From: Ranitomeya imitator
Taxonomy: Eukaryota
NCBI RefSeq assembly: GCF_032444005.1
Contig: NC_091285.1
Span: 531,340,001 to 531,404,000 of the forward strand
Length of the DNA: 64,000 nt
Direction: 5' to 3'
Below, piece after piece: positions 47,801-60,809 of this stretch (positions are counted from its first letter, which is position 1; each line of letters opens with the position of its first letter). The translations under genes and the position numbers were made by a program. The notes beneath the pieces were generated by a model. The model was not told the DNA's origin and made no database searches. It saw only the letters and a program-made list of their open reading frames with translations.

Positions 47801-49134
47801 CACGAGGCCAGACCCGAGGCAGGCATCCCAGCACACCAGAAACAGAACCAGACTCAATGTGAGTGACCTAACATATCAGGTACATGGCCAGACCCAAGGC
47901 AGGTGGCCCAACACACCAGACATGGGGCCAGACCCATGGGATGGGCGGTCCAACAGACCAGTCAAGGGGTCAGACCTGAATTGCGCAGCCCAACACCAGA
48001 GAGGCACTAGTCCCAACACACCAGACATGGTGCCAGACCCAAGGTGGGCACCCCAACAAACTAGACACGGGTCCAGACCCGAGGTGAGTGGCCCAACACA
48101 CTAGATTTGTGGCCAGATCCAAGATGGGCTGCCCAATAAACCAAATCCATGTTGTGCGTCGCAACATGCCAGACATGGGGCCAGATGCAAGGCAAGTAGC
48201 CCAACGCACCAGACAAGGGGCCAAACCCGAGGCAAGTGGCCCAACACATCAGACACAGGGCTAAAATGGCCCAGCAACTCAAAACTGGAGGCGGGCAGAA
48301 CACCACACAAGACATTGGCCAGACTTGAAGGGGGCTTTCCAACACACTAGAAAAGTGGCTAGCCAGAGGCGGGCTGCGCAACACACCAGACACAGAGCCA
48401 GACTCGATGCGAGTAACACATCATGTAATTGGGCCAGACCTGAGGCAGGCGGCCCAGCACACCAGACACAGGGCCAACACACCAGGCAAGGGGCCATCAG
48501 ACCAGACAAAGGGCAAGACCCGAAGCGGGCAGCCAAACACACCAGATATGGGACCAGACCCAAGGCGAGCACCCCAACACACCAGACACAAGTGGGCAGA
48601 CACTGCGCCACTCGAGGCGGGAGGGCAGCAGAACACACCAGACACGGAGCAAGACCCAAAATGGGCGGTCTAACACCGCCCAATACACCAAACATGGGGC
48701 CAAACCTCAGGCGGATGACCCAACTTACTATACATGGGCCCAGACCTGAGGAAGATGGCCCAATACATCAGACATGAGACCTAACACGGGGCCAGACCCG
48801 AAGCAGGCATCCCAACACACCAGACATGGGGCCATACAAGAAACAGGCTGCCCAACACTTCAGACACAGGGCCAGACCCAAGGCAAGCAGTCCAACACAT
48901 TAGACAGAGGGCCAGACTCGGGCAGTCGAGCCACCAACACACCTGGAATGGGCTAAACCTGAAGCTCGCAGCCCAACATGCTAGATTCAGGGCAAAACCC
49001 AAGATGGGGTGTCCAACACACCAGATCCGAGGTAGGGCCAGACCTCAAGACCCGCGGCACGGCTCAACACATCAGACACAAGCGGGCAGCCCAACACAAC
49101 AAACACCAGGCCAGACTAAAGGCTGGCAGCCCAA

Positions 49135-49230
49135 CATGTTAGGACATGTTAGGCTATGGGTTGAACTAGATGGACTTATAGTCTTCCTTCAACCTTAATA
49201 ATAACTATGTAAATATAACTATAACTATGT
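49135..49230 (+). mobile_element. Very short CR1 3'-end insertion
   Basis: gttaggctatgggttgaactagatggactta..gtcttccttcaacc..ataactatgt closely matches 23720-23780. Confidence 0.85.
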
Positions 49231-50753
49231 AACACACCAGACACAAGGCCTGACATGGGACAGGCGGGTTCAACAAACCTGAAATGGGCCAGATCCGATT
49301 CTTGTGGCCCAGCACTCTATATTCATGGCCAGACCTAAGAAGGGCAGCCCAACATGCCAGACATAGGGCCAGAAGCCAGGCAGGTGGCCAAACGCACCAG
49401 ACAAGGGGCCAAACCCGAGTCATGCATCCCAACACAAATAAATCATGGGGCCAGACCTGAGGCAGACAGCCCAACACACCAGAGAAGGCGCCAAACCATA
49501 CGTGGGTGGCCCAGCACACCAGACACAGGGCCAGAATGTCCAAACAAATCAGAACCAAGGTGGGCGGCACAACACACTAGACAAGGATTTAGCCAGAGGC
49601 GTTTGGATGAACACACCAGACAAGGAGCCAGACTTGACGTGATTGGCCTAACACATCAGGTAACAAGGCCAGACCCGAGGCAAGCAGCCCAACACTCCTG
49701 ACACGGTTCCAGACCCCAGGGATGAGCGGTCCAACAAACTAGACAAGGGCCAGACCTAAAGCAGGCAGCCAAATACACCAGACATGGGGTTAGACCCAAG
49801 GTGGTGCCCGAACAAACCAGACATGAGCGGTTAGCCAACCCACCAGACACTGTGCCACTTGAGGTGGGTGAACAGCAAAACGCACCATACACAAGGCTAG
49901 ACCCAAGACAGGTGGTCCAACACACCAGAATCGGGGCCAGACCCAAGGCGAGAGTCCCAACACAACAGATACAGGGGCAAACACCAGGTGGGTGTCCTAA
50001 CACCCCAGACATGGCCCCAGATCTCGGGCGGCCCAATACATCAGAAATGAGACCAGAGAAGAGGTCAGTCGCAAGGCAGGCGTCTCAACACACCAGACAT
50101 GTGTACAGTTCCAAGGCGCTGCCCAACACACCAGACACGGATGAGGAGACCAACACACCAGACATGGGGCTACACAAGGCGGGCAGACAGCAGTACACAC
50201 CAGACCCAACACACCAGAATCAGGGCCAGACCCAAGGCGAGAGTCCCAACACACCAGATCCAGGGGTAAAGACCAGGTGGGTGTCCTAACACCCCAGACA
50301 TGGCCCCAGATCTCAGGCGGATGGCCCAATACTTCAGAAACAAGACCAGAGAAGAGGTCAGTCATGAGGCAGGCATCTCAACACACCAGACATGTGTACA
50401 GTTCCGAGGCGCTGCCCAACACACCAGACATGGACGAGGAGTCCAACACACCAGACATGGGGCTGCACAAGGCGGGCAGACAGCAGTAAACACAAGACAT
50501 GGGGCTAGACACAAGACAGGTGGTCCAACACACCAGACATGGGGCCAGATCAGAGGCGGGTTGCCCAACACATTAGACACAGGGGCAGAGCCAAGATGGG
50601 GTGTCTAACACACCAGACCCGATGGGGTCAGCCAGAGGCAGATGGCTCAAGATACCAGACAAAGAGCCAGATCATAACATCATAACATGGCCAGACACGA
50701 GGCAGACAGCTTAAGACACACCAGACACAGGGCAAGACCCATGGCACTCTGCC

Positions 50754-53427
50754 CAACACACCAGACATGGGGCCAGGACTCTAACCCAACACACCAGTCA
50801 CGGACGGGCAGACAAACACACAAGACATGGGGCCACATTAGGTGGGCGGACAGCAGAACACACCAGACAAGGGGCTAGACCCAAGGCAGGCAGTCCAACA
50901 CTCCAGAAACGGGGCCAGACCCTAGGCAAGACTATCAACGCACCAGACACGGGGCCATACTAAGGCGGGTGGCCCAAAACACCAGACAAGGAGCCCAGAC
51001 CTGAAGCAAAAGGCCCAATACATCAGAAAGGAGGCCAGACATAGGGCAAGACCCAAAGCAGGCATCCCAACACACCAGACAAGGGGCCAGACCAAAGATG
51101 GGCTGCCCAACACCTTGGACACAGGGGGTCAGTCGGGGCAACACACCTCAAATGGGTTAGACCCGAGGTGTGCAACCCAACACAATAGATTCAAGGCCAC
51201 ACCCAAGACTGGAGTTGAGCGAATTTGCTTGGGTCCCTGCTTATTCGCCAAGGTATAGCGCTTACCAAATAATCTGCAGAGGAAACCCAGCTTCCTGGAT
51301 CACTCCGGCTGATCAGCTGTTCAGCTCCGCATCTGCATGTGTCGCGGCTGTGTGACAGTCACAACACATGCATGGAGAGCCTGTTTGTTGGTGCCCAACT
51401 CACCAGACCCAAGGTGGGCTGCACCAGACATAGGGCCAGACCCATGGGCAGGCAGCACAACGCACCAGACATGGGCCAGACCTGAAGTGGGTGTCCCAAC
51501 ACATTAGACACGGAATGGTTAGCCAGAGGCTGGCGGCTCAACACACCAGACATAAGTGGCCTAACAAACACATCAATCAGGTAACAGGGCCAGACCCGAG
51601 GCAGGCAGCCAAACACACCAGACGATGGGCCAGACCCAAAGGATGGGCAGTCCAATGCACCAGTCAAGGGCCAGACCTGAAGCAGGCAGCCCAACACAGA
51701 ACACATCAGACCACGGGGTAAGACGGGTTGTCCAACACGCCAGAAACAGAGCCAGACTTGATGTGAGAGGCCCAGACACATCAGGTAACAGGGCCAGAAA
51801 TGAGGCCAAACCCAAGGGGTGGGCGAGGTCCAACACACCAGACCCTTAAGCGGGCATCCCAGCACACCAGACAAGGAGCCAGACCCGTGGCACTTGGCCC
51901 AACACACCAGACATGAGGCCAGAAACAAGGCAGGCATCCCAATACACCAGACACGGGTCCAGACCCAAGGTGCTGCCCAACACACCATACACGGGCGGGC
52001 AGACCAACACACCAGACACAGGGCCACATGAGCTGGGCAGCAGAACACACCAGAATGGCACAACAAATCACAAATCATAACTGAGGCAGCCACAACACAC
52101 CAGACATGGGGCCAGGACTCTAACCCAACACACCAGTCACGGACGGGCAGACAAACACACAAGACATGGGGCCACATTAGGTGGGCGGACAGCAGAACAC
52201 ACCAGACAAGGGGCTAGACCCAAGGCAGGCAGTCCAACACTCCAGAAACGGGGCCAGACCCTAGGCAAGACTCAACCCACCAGACACGGGGCCATACTAA
52301 GGCGGGTGGCCCAAAACACCAGACAAGGAGCCCAGACCTGAAGCAAAAGGCCCAATACATCAGAAAGGAGGCCAGACATAGGGCAAGACCCAAAGCAGGC
52401 ATCCCAACACACCAGACAAGGGGCCAGACCAAAGATGGGCTGCCCAACACCTTGGACACAGGGGGTCAGTCGGGGCAACACACCTCAAATGGGTTAGACC
52501 CGAGGTGTGCAACCCAACACAATAGATTCAAGGCCACACCCAAGACTGGAGTTGAGCGAATTTGCTTGGGTCCCTGCTTATTCGCCAAGGTATAGCGCTT
52601 ACCAAATAATCTGCAGAGGAAACCCAGCTTCCTGGATCACTCCGGCTGATCAGCTGTTCAGCTCCGCATCTGCATGTGTCGCGGCTGTGTGACAGTCACA
52701 ACACATGCATGGAGAGCCTGTTTGTTGGTGCCCAACTCACCAGACCCAAGGTGGGCTGCACCAGACATAGGGCCAGACCCATGGGCAGGCAGCACAACGC
52801 ACCAGACATGGGCCAGACCTGAAGTGGGTGTCCCAACACATTAGACACGGAATGGTTAGCCAGAGGCTGGCGGCTCAATACACCAGACATAAGTGGCCTA
52901 ACAAACACATCAATCAGGTAACAGGGCCAGACTCGAGGCAGGCAGCCAAACACACCAGACGATGGGCCAGACCCAAAGGATGGGCAGTCCAATGCACCAG
53001 TCAAGGGCCAGACCTGAAGCAGGCAGCCCAACACAGAACACATCAGACCACGGGGTAAGACGGGTTGTCCAACACGCCAGAAACAGAGCCAGACTTGATG
53101 TGAGAGGCCCAGACACATCAGGTAACGGCCAGAAATGAGGCCAAACCCAAGGGGTGGGCGAGGTCCAACACACCAGACCCTTAAGCGGGCAGCCCAGCAC
53201 ACCAGACAAGGAGCCAGACCCGTGGCACTTGGCCCAACACACCAGACATGAGGCCAGAAACAAGGCAGGCATCCCAATACACCAGACACGGGTCCAGACC
53301 CGAGGTGCTGCCCAACACACCATACACGGGCGGGCAGACCAACACACCAGACACAGGGCCACATGAGCTGGGCAGCAGAACACACCAGAATGGCACAACA
53401 AATCACAAATCATAACTGAGGCAGCCA
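50754..53427. repeat. Recent ~1.34-kb tandem duplication (50754-52092 / 52093-53427), including a non-satellite insert (51211-51383 / 52548-52720)
   Basis: Identical ORFs at 51170 and 52507. Fewer than 10 differences seen by eye. Confidence 0.92.
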
Positions 53428-53555
53428 CAACACACAAGACATGGGCCAGACCCGAGGAGGTCGTCCCAACAAACTAGACAAGAAGTTAAGGCGGGTGGCT
53501 AAACTGAGTCGATGTGAATGACCCAACATGTCAGGTAACAGGGCCAGACAGACAC

Positions 53556-54389
53556 AAGGTGCGGGGTCTGGAAGAAAGAATAGCAACTTTGAAACTCATC
53601 AAAGAGAATGAAGACTTTCTAGACAGAACAGAAGCATCTCTACTGGTCACAGAAGGTGCAAAAAGTGTCAGAGAACCTCCAAAAGCAGATGAGTGGAAGC
53701 ATGTGACCAAAAGAAGCAAGAAGACCATGGAGAAATCACCAACCACACAACTGAAGAACCGATATCAAATCTTTGTAGAGGATGAAGATGGCACACCTAA
53801 GAATGAAGCAATACCAGCAAGCAAAAAAGAAAAGGGCACACAGCAACTAGTTACAGCAAAAAGTACAGCCAAGAAGCAACGAAGAATGGTGGTGGTGGGA
53901 GACTCACTACTGAGAGGCACCGAAGCAGCCATCTGCAGACCGGACATAACTGCAAGAGAAGTATGCTGCCTTCCAGGTGCGATGATCAAGGATGTGACCG
54001 ATAGGATACCAAAGCTCTTCAGCTCCAAGGACGTCCACCCATTTCTTCTGATACATGTTGGCACCAATGAAACGGCAAGGAAGGACCTACCGACAATCTG
54101 CAAGGACTTTGAAGAGTTGGGGAAGAAAGTAAAGGAACTGGATGCACAGGTAGTTTTTTCTTCTATCCTTCCAGTAGACGGGCATGGCACCAGGAGATGG
54201 AACAGGATCCTTGATGCAAACAACTGGCTAAGACGATGGTGCAGACAACAAGGATTTGGATTCCTGGACCACGGTGTGAATTACTGGTATGATGGACTCC
54301 TCCCCAGAGACGGACTACACCTCAACAAACCTGGGAAACACACATTCACCAGAAGACTCGCTACACTCATCAGGAGGGCGTTAAACTAG
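53556..54389 (+). CDS. CR1 ORF1, 5'-truncated (coiled coil plus SGNH esterase)
   Basis: VVVGDSLLRG, HVGTNE, DGLHLN, ending RALN*. The first residues of the listed ORF (53514) come from the satellite. Confidence 0.88.
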   Translation, partial: KVRGLEERIATLKLIKENEDFLDRTEASLLVTEGAKSVREPPKADEWKHVTKRSKKTMEKSPTTQLKNRYQIFVEDEDGTPKNEAIPASKKEKGTQQLVTAKSTAKKQRRMVVVGDSLLRGTEAAICRPDITAREVCCLPGAMIKDVTDRIPKLFSSKDVHPFLLIHVGTNETARKDLPTICKDFEELGKKVKELDAQVVFSSILPVDGHGTRRWNRILDANNWLRRWCRQQGFGFLDHGVNYWYDGLLPRDGLHLNKPGKHTFTRRLATLIRRALN

Positions 54390-54526
54390 AAGAAGAGGGG
54401 ACGGGAAGAAAAACATTAGACTCGAACAAAGACGACCCAGGAAAACATACTCAGAAGGGAGGTAAGAACATTTCTAAAACAATCCACAGTGAGGAGATTG
54501 GAACAAAACAAAATCCTCTAAACTGC

Positions 54527-57307
54527 ATGCTCGCAAACGCCAGAAGCCTGACAAACAAGATGGAAGAACTAGAAGCAGAAATATCTACAGGTAACTTTGA
54601 CATAGTGGGAATAACCGAGACATGGTTAGATGAAAGCTATGACTGGGCAGTTAACTTACAGGGTTACAGTCTGTTTAGAAAGGATCGTAAAAATCGGAGA
54701 GGAGGAGGGGTTTGTCTCTATGTAAAGTCTTGTCTAAAGTCCACTTTAAGGGAGGATATTAGCGAAGGGAATGAGGATGTCGAGTCCATATGGGTTGAAA
54801 TTCATGGAGGGAAAAATGGTAACAAAATTCTCATTGGGGTCTGTTACAAACCCCCAAATATAACAGAAAGCATGGAAAGTCTACTTCTAAAGCAGATAGA
54901 TGAAGCTGCAACCCATAATGAGGTCCTGGTTATGGGGGACTTTAACTACCCGGATATTAACTGGGAAACAGAAACCTGTGAAACCCATAAAGGCAACAGG
55001 TTTCTGCTAATAACCAAGAAAAATTATCTTTCACAATTGGTGCAGAATCCAACCAGAGGAGCAGCACTTTTAGACCTAATACTATCTAATAGACCTGACA
55101 GAATAACAAATCTGCAGGTGGTTGGGCATTTAGGAAATAGCGACCACAATATTGTGCAGTTTCACCTGTCTTTCACTAGGGGGACTTGTCAGGGAGTCAC
55201 AAAAACATTGAACTTTAGGAAGGCAAAGTTTGAACAGCTTAGAGATGCCCTTAATCTGGTAGACTGGGACAATATCCTCAGAAATGAGAATACAGATAAT
55301 AAATGGGAAATGTTTAAGAACATCCTAAATAGGCAGTGTAAGCGGTTTATACCTTGTGGGAATAAAAGGACTAGAAATAGGAAAAACCCAATGTGGCTAA
55401 ACAAAGAAGTAAGACAGGCAATTAACAGTAAAAAGAAAGCATTTGCACTATTAAAGCAGGATGGCACCATTGAAGCTCTAAAAAACTATAGGGAGAAAAA
55501 TACTTTATCTAAAAAACTAATTAAAGCTGCCAAAAAGGAAACAGAGAAGCACATTGCTAAGGAGAGTAAAACTAATCCCAAACTGTTCTTCAACTATATC
55601 AATAGTAAAAGAATAAAAACTGAAAATGTAGGCCCCTTAAAAAATAGTGAGGAAAGAATGGTTGTAGATGACGAGGAAAAAGCTAACATATTAAACACCT
55701 TCTTCTCCACGGTATTCACGGTGGAAAATGAAATGCTAGGTGAAATCCCAAGAAACAATGAAAACCCTATATTAAGGGTCACCAATCTAACCCAAGAAGA
55801 GGTGCGAAACCGGCTAAATAAGATTAAAATAGATAAATCTCCGGGTCCGGATGGCATACACCCACGAGTACTAAGAGAACTAAGTAATGTAATAGATAAA
55901 CCATTATTTCTTATTTTTAGGGACTCTATAGAGACAGGGTCTGTTCCGCAGGATTGGCGCATAGCAAATGTGGTGCCAATATTCAAAAAGGGCTCTAAAA
56001 GTGAACCTGGAAATTATAGGCCAGTAAGTCTAACCTCTATTGTTGGTAAAATATTTGAAGGGTTTCTGAGGGATGTTATTCTGGATTATCTCAATGAGAA
56101 TAACTGTTTAACTCCATATCAGCATGGGTTTATGAGAAATCGCTCCTGTCAAACCAATCTAATCAGTTTTTATGAAGAGGTAAGCTATAGACTGGACCAC
56201 GGTGAGTCATTGGACGTGGTATATCTCGATTTTTCCAAAGCGTTTGATACCGTGCCGCACAAGAGGTTGGTACACAAAATGAGAATGCTTGGTCTGGGGG
56301 AAAATGTGTGTAAATGGGTTAGTAACTGACTTAGTGATAGAAAGCAGAGGGTGGTTATAAATGGTATAGTCTCTAACTGGGTCGCTGTGACCAGTGGGGT
56401 ACCGCAGGGGTCAGTATTGGGACCTGTTCTCTTCAACATATTCATTAATGATCTGGTAGAAGGTTTACACAGTAAAATATCGATATTTGCAGATGATACA
56501 AAACTATGTAAAGCAGTTAATACAAGAGAAGATAGTATTCTGCTACAGATGGATCTGGATAAGTTGGAAACTTGGGCTGAAAGGTGGCAGATGAGGTTTA
56601 ACAATGATAAATGTAAGGTTATACACATGGGAAGAGGGAATCAATATCACCATTACACACTGAACGGGAAACCACTGGGTAAATCTGACAGGGAGAAGGA
56701 CTTGGGGATCCTAGTTAATGATAAACTTACCTGGAGCAGCCAGTGCCAGGCAGCAGCTGCCAAGGCAAACAGGATCATGGGGTGCATTAAAAGAGGTCTG
56801 GATAGACATGATGAGAGCATTATACTGCCTCTGTACAAATCCCTAGTTAGACCGCACATGGAGTACTGTGTCCAGTTTTGGGCACCGGTGCTCAGGAAGG
56901 ATATAATGGAACTAGAGAGAGTACAAAGGAGGGCAACAAAATTAATAAAGGGGATGGGAGAACTACAATACCCAGATAGATTAGCGAAATTAGGATTATT
57001 TAGTCTAGAAAAAAGACGACTGAGGGGCGATCTAATAACCATGTATAAGTATATAAGGGGACAATACAAATATCTCGCTGAGGATCTGTTTATACCAAGG
57101 AAGGTGACGGGCACAAGGGGGCATTCTTTGCGTCTGGAGGAGAGAAGGTTTTTCCACCAACATAGAAGAGGATTCTTTACTGTTAGGGCAGTGAGAATCT
57201 GGAATTGCTTGCCTGAGGAGGTGGTGATGGCGAACTCAGTCGAGGGGTTCAAGAGAGGCCTGGATGTCTTCCTGGAGCAGAACAATATTGTATCATACAA
57301 TTATTAG
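54527..57307 (+). pseudogene. CR1 ORF2 (APE-RT) with a single nonsense codon
   Basis: ORFs 54527-56329 and 56351-57307 are in frame. TGA at 56327-56329 in the context KWVSN*LSDRKQRV, probably from TGG. FADD motif present. Confidence 0.93.
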
Positions 57308-60300
57308 GTTCTGTAGAAGGACGTAGATCTGGGTATTTATTATGATGGAATATAGGCTGAACTGGATGGACAAATGTCTTTTTTCGGCCTTACTAACTAT
57401 GTTACTATGTTACTATGTTAAGGCAGGCAGCTTAACACACCAGACACTAGAGCAGACCCAAGTCACTCTGCCCAACACACTAGACATGGGGCAAATCCCG
57501 AGGTACTGCCCAACACACCATACACAGGCGAACAGACCAACACACCATACACGGCGACACATGAGGCGGGCAGCAGAACACAGCAGATATGGGGTTAGAC
57601 CAAAGACGGGTGGTCCAACACACCAGACACGGGGGCAAACCGAGGTGCGCGGCCCAACACACCAGACATGACCCTAGACCCACTAGATTCTGGCCAGAAA
57701 CGGGGCCAGACCCAAGTCGAGAGGCCCAACACACCAGACACTGGGGAAAATCGAGGCAGGCAGCCCAAGACACCAGACATGGGCGCAGACCTGAAGCAGA
57801 AGGCACAATACATCAGACATAGGGAAAACCCGAGGCAGGAGGCCCAACACACTAGACACAGTGCCAGGCCCAAGGCAGGGGACCCATGCCATCAAACATG
57901 GGGCCAGCCAGACCCAAGGCAGGCACCATAGCACAACAGACACGGGTCAAGACCTGATACATGGCCCAACACACCAGACACGGTGCCACACAAGGCAGGC
58001 AGACAGCAGAACACATCAGACATGGGGTAAGACCCAAGACGGGTGGTCCAACACACCAGAATCGGAGCCAGGCACAAGACGAGAGGCCCAACACATCACA
58101 CACGGGGCCAAACCTCATGCGGATGGCCCAACATACCAGACATGGGCCCAGACCTGAGACAGACGGCCCAATACATCAGACACAGGTCCAGAGCCAAGGT
58201 GCTGCCCAAAACACTATACACGGACAGGCAGACCAACACACCAGACACAGGACCACACGAGGCGGGCAGCAGAACACACCACACATGGGGCTAGACCCTA
58301 GATAAGCGGTCCAACACACCAGAAACAGGGCCAGACCCGAGGCGAGATGCCCAATACACCAGACACGGGGATAACCCGAGGAGGGCAGCCAACACACCAG
58401 ACATGGGCACAGACCTGAGGCTGACGGCCCAATAGATCAGACACAAGGTCAGACACGGGGCCTGACCCGAGGCAGGCAGTGCCGAGGCGGGCGACCCAAC
58501 ACACCAGACAACTGGGCCAGGCCCAAGGCTGGCGACCCACCACACCAGACACTGGACAAGACCCGAGGCGGGCGACCCAACACACCAGACACTGGGCAAG
58601 ACCCGAGGCGGGCGAACCAACACACAACACACTGGGCCAGACCCAAGGAGGGCAACCCAACACACCAGACACTGGGCCAGGCCCAAGGCTGGCGATCCAC
58701 CATACCAGACACTGGGCAAGACCGGAGGCGGGCAACCCAACACACCAGACACTGGGCCAGACCCGAGGCGGGTGAATCAACACAAGAGACACTGGGCAAG
58801 AGCCGAGGCGGGCGACCCAACACACGAGACACTTGGCCAGACCCGACGCGGGTGACCTAACACACCATAAACTGGGACAGACCCGAGGAGGGCGACCCAA
58901 CACAACAGACACTGGGCCAGACCCGAGGCGGGCGACCCAACATACCAGACACTGGGCCAGACCCGAGGCGGGTGACCCAACACACCAGACACTGGGCCAG
59001 ACGCGAGGTGGGTGACCCAACACACCAGACCCTGAGCCAGACCAGAGGCGGGCGACCCAACACACTAGACACTGAGCCAGACCCGAGGCGGGTGACCCAA
59101 CACACCAGACACTGGGCCAGATCCGAGTAGAGCGACCCAACACACCAGACACTGGGACAGAACCGAGGCGGTAGTCCCAACACACCAGACAGTGGGCCAG
59201 ACACTGGGCCAGACACTGGGCCAGACCCGAGGCAGGCGACCCAACACACCAGACACTGGGCCAGACCCGAGGCGGGTGACCCAACACACCAGACACTGGA
59301 CCAGACCCGAGGTGGGCACCCCAACACGCCAGACACTGGGCCAGACCTGAGGCAGGCAACTCAACATGCCAGACACTGGACCAGACCCTGGGCCAGACCG
59401 AGGCAGGTGGCCCATCACACCAGACACTAGACCAGACCAGAGGCGGGCGACAAACACACCAGACACTGGGATTGACCCAATGCGGGCGACCCAACACACA
59501 GACACTGGGCCAAACCTGAGGCGGGTGACCCAACACTCCAGACTTTGGGCCAGACCTGAGGTGGGCGACCCAACACACCAGACACTGGGCCAGACCCGAT
59601 GCGGGGGACCCACCACACCAGACACTGGGCTTGACCCAATGCGGGCGACCCAACATACAGACACTGGGCCAAACCTGAGGCGGGCAACCCAACACTCCAG
59701 ACACTGGGCCAGACCTAAGGTGGGCGACCCAACACACCAGACACTGGGCCAGACCCGATGCGGCGACCCAACACACCAGACACTGGGCTTGACCCAATGC
59801 GGGCGACACAACATACAGACACTGGGCCAAACCTGAGGCGGGCGACCCAACACTCCAGACACTGGGCCAGACCTAAGGTGGGCGACCCAACACACCAGAC
59901 ACTGGGCCAGACCCGAGGCGATAGACCCAACACACCAGACACTGGGCCAGACCCGAGTTTGAAGTCCCCACGCACCAGACACTGGGCCAGACCCGAGGCG
60001 GGACACCCAACACACAGGACACTGGGCCAGACCCGAGGCGGGCGACCGAACACACTATACACTGAGTCAGACCAGAGGCGGGCGACCCAAAACACCAGAC
60101 ACTGGGCCAGACCCGAGGTGGGCGAACAACACACCAGACACTGGCCCAGACCCGATGCGGGACACCCAACACATGATACACTGGGCCAGACCCGAGGTGG
60201 GCGACCGAACACACCATACACTGAGTCAGACCAGAGGTGGGAGACCAAAAACACCAGACCCAAAACAAGGCAGGCGAGCCAACACACCAGACACTCTGCC

Positions 60301-60809
60301 AGACCCGAGGCGGCGACCCAACACACCAGACACTGGGCCATACCCGAGGCGGGCGACCCAACACACCAGACACTGGGCCAGACCCGAATTTGAAGACCCC
60401 ACACACCAGACACTGGGTCAGACCCGAGGCGGGTGACCCATCACACCAGACACTGGACCAGACCCGAGGTGGGGACCCCAACACGCCAGACACTGGGCCA
60501 GACCTGAGGCGGGCAACCCAACACACCAGACTCTGGGACAGACCGAGGCGGGCGGCCCATCACACCAGCTTGCTGCAATTGTCAGCGCATTCCGCAAAAA
60601 ATACGCCAATGAAAGTCTATGAGGCGAGAAAAATACGGATTACATACGGACCATGCGTGTGACTTGCGAGAAATACGCAACACTTTCCCAGGTGACAGGA
60701 AATGGGCCAAGCCATTATCAGGAAGCTTAGACATGCTAATTAGCTCAAAAAACGCTCCAGACATCCCAGAAGAACGCCTCCACGGAGTCCTGCAGCATGT
60801 CTTCCTTAA

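Larger units (their letters stand above)
53551..57420 (+). mobile_element. Young 5'-truncated CR1 LINE inserted in the satellite
   Basis: Partial ORF1, near-intact ORF2, and an (ACTATGTT)3 tail at ~57397-57420. No TSD seen. Confidence 0.96.
44637..60560 (-). repeat. 40-bp satellite, right arm (inverted); homogeneous at 58450-60560
   Basis: Consensus CCCAACACACCAGACACTGGGCCAGACCCGAGGCGGGCGA with an exact 40-bp period (e.g. acccgaggcg at 58921 and 58961). Confidence 0.95.

Noticed and set aside
53514-53555. Apparent N-terminus of a 291-aa ORF
   Set aside because: It is satellite sequence fortuitously in frame with the truncated CR1 ORF1.
58450-60560. Regular short repeats resembling a CRISPR array
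   Set aside because: There are no unique spacers and no cas genes, and the context is eukaryotic.
29800-60560. Whole inverted array as a foldback transposon
   Set aside because: No matching outer termini or target-site duplication could be found.
29767-60662. Hundreds of Cys/Trp/Val-rich or His/Thr/Arg-rich ORFs, up to 510 aa (58298-59830)
   Set aside because: The 40-bp consensus has no stop codon on the GT-rich strand, so all frames stay open. The peptide is just a 40-aa period made of three monomers.
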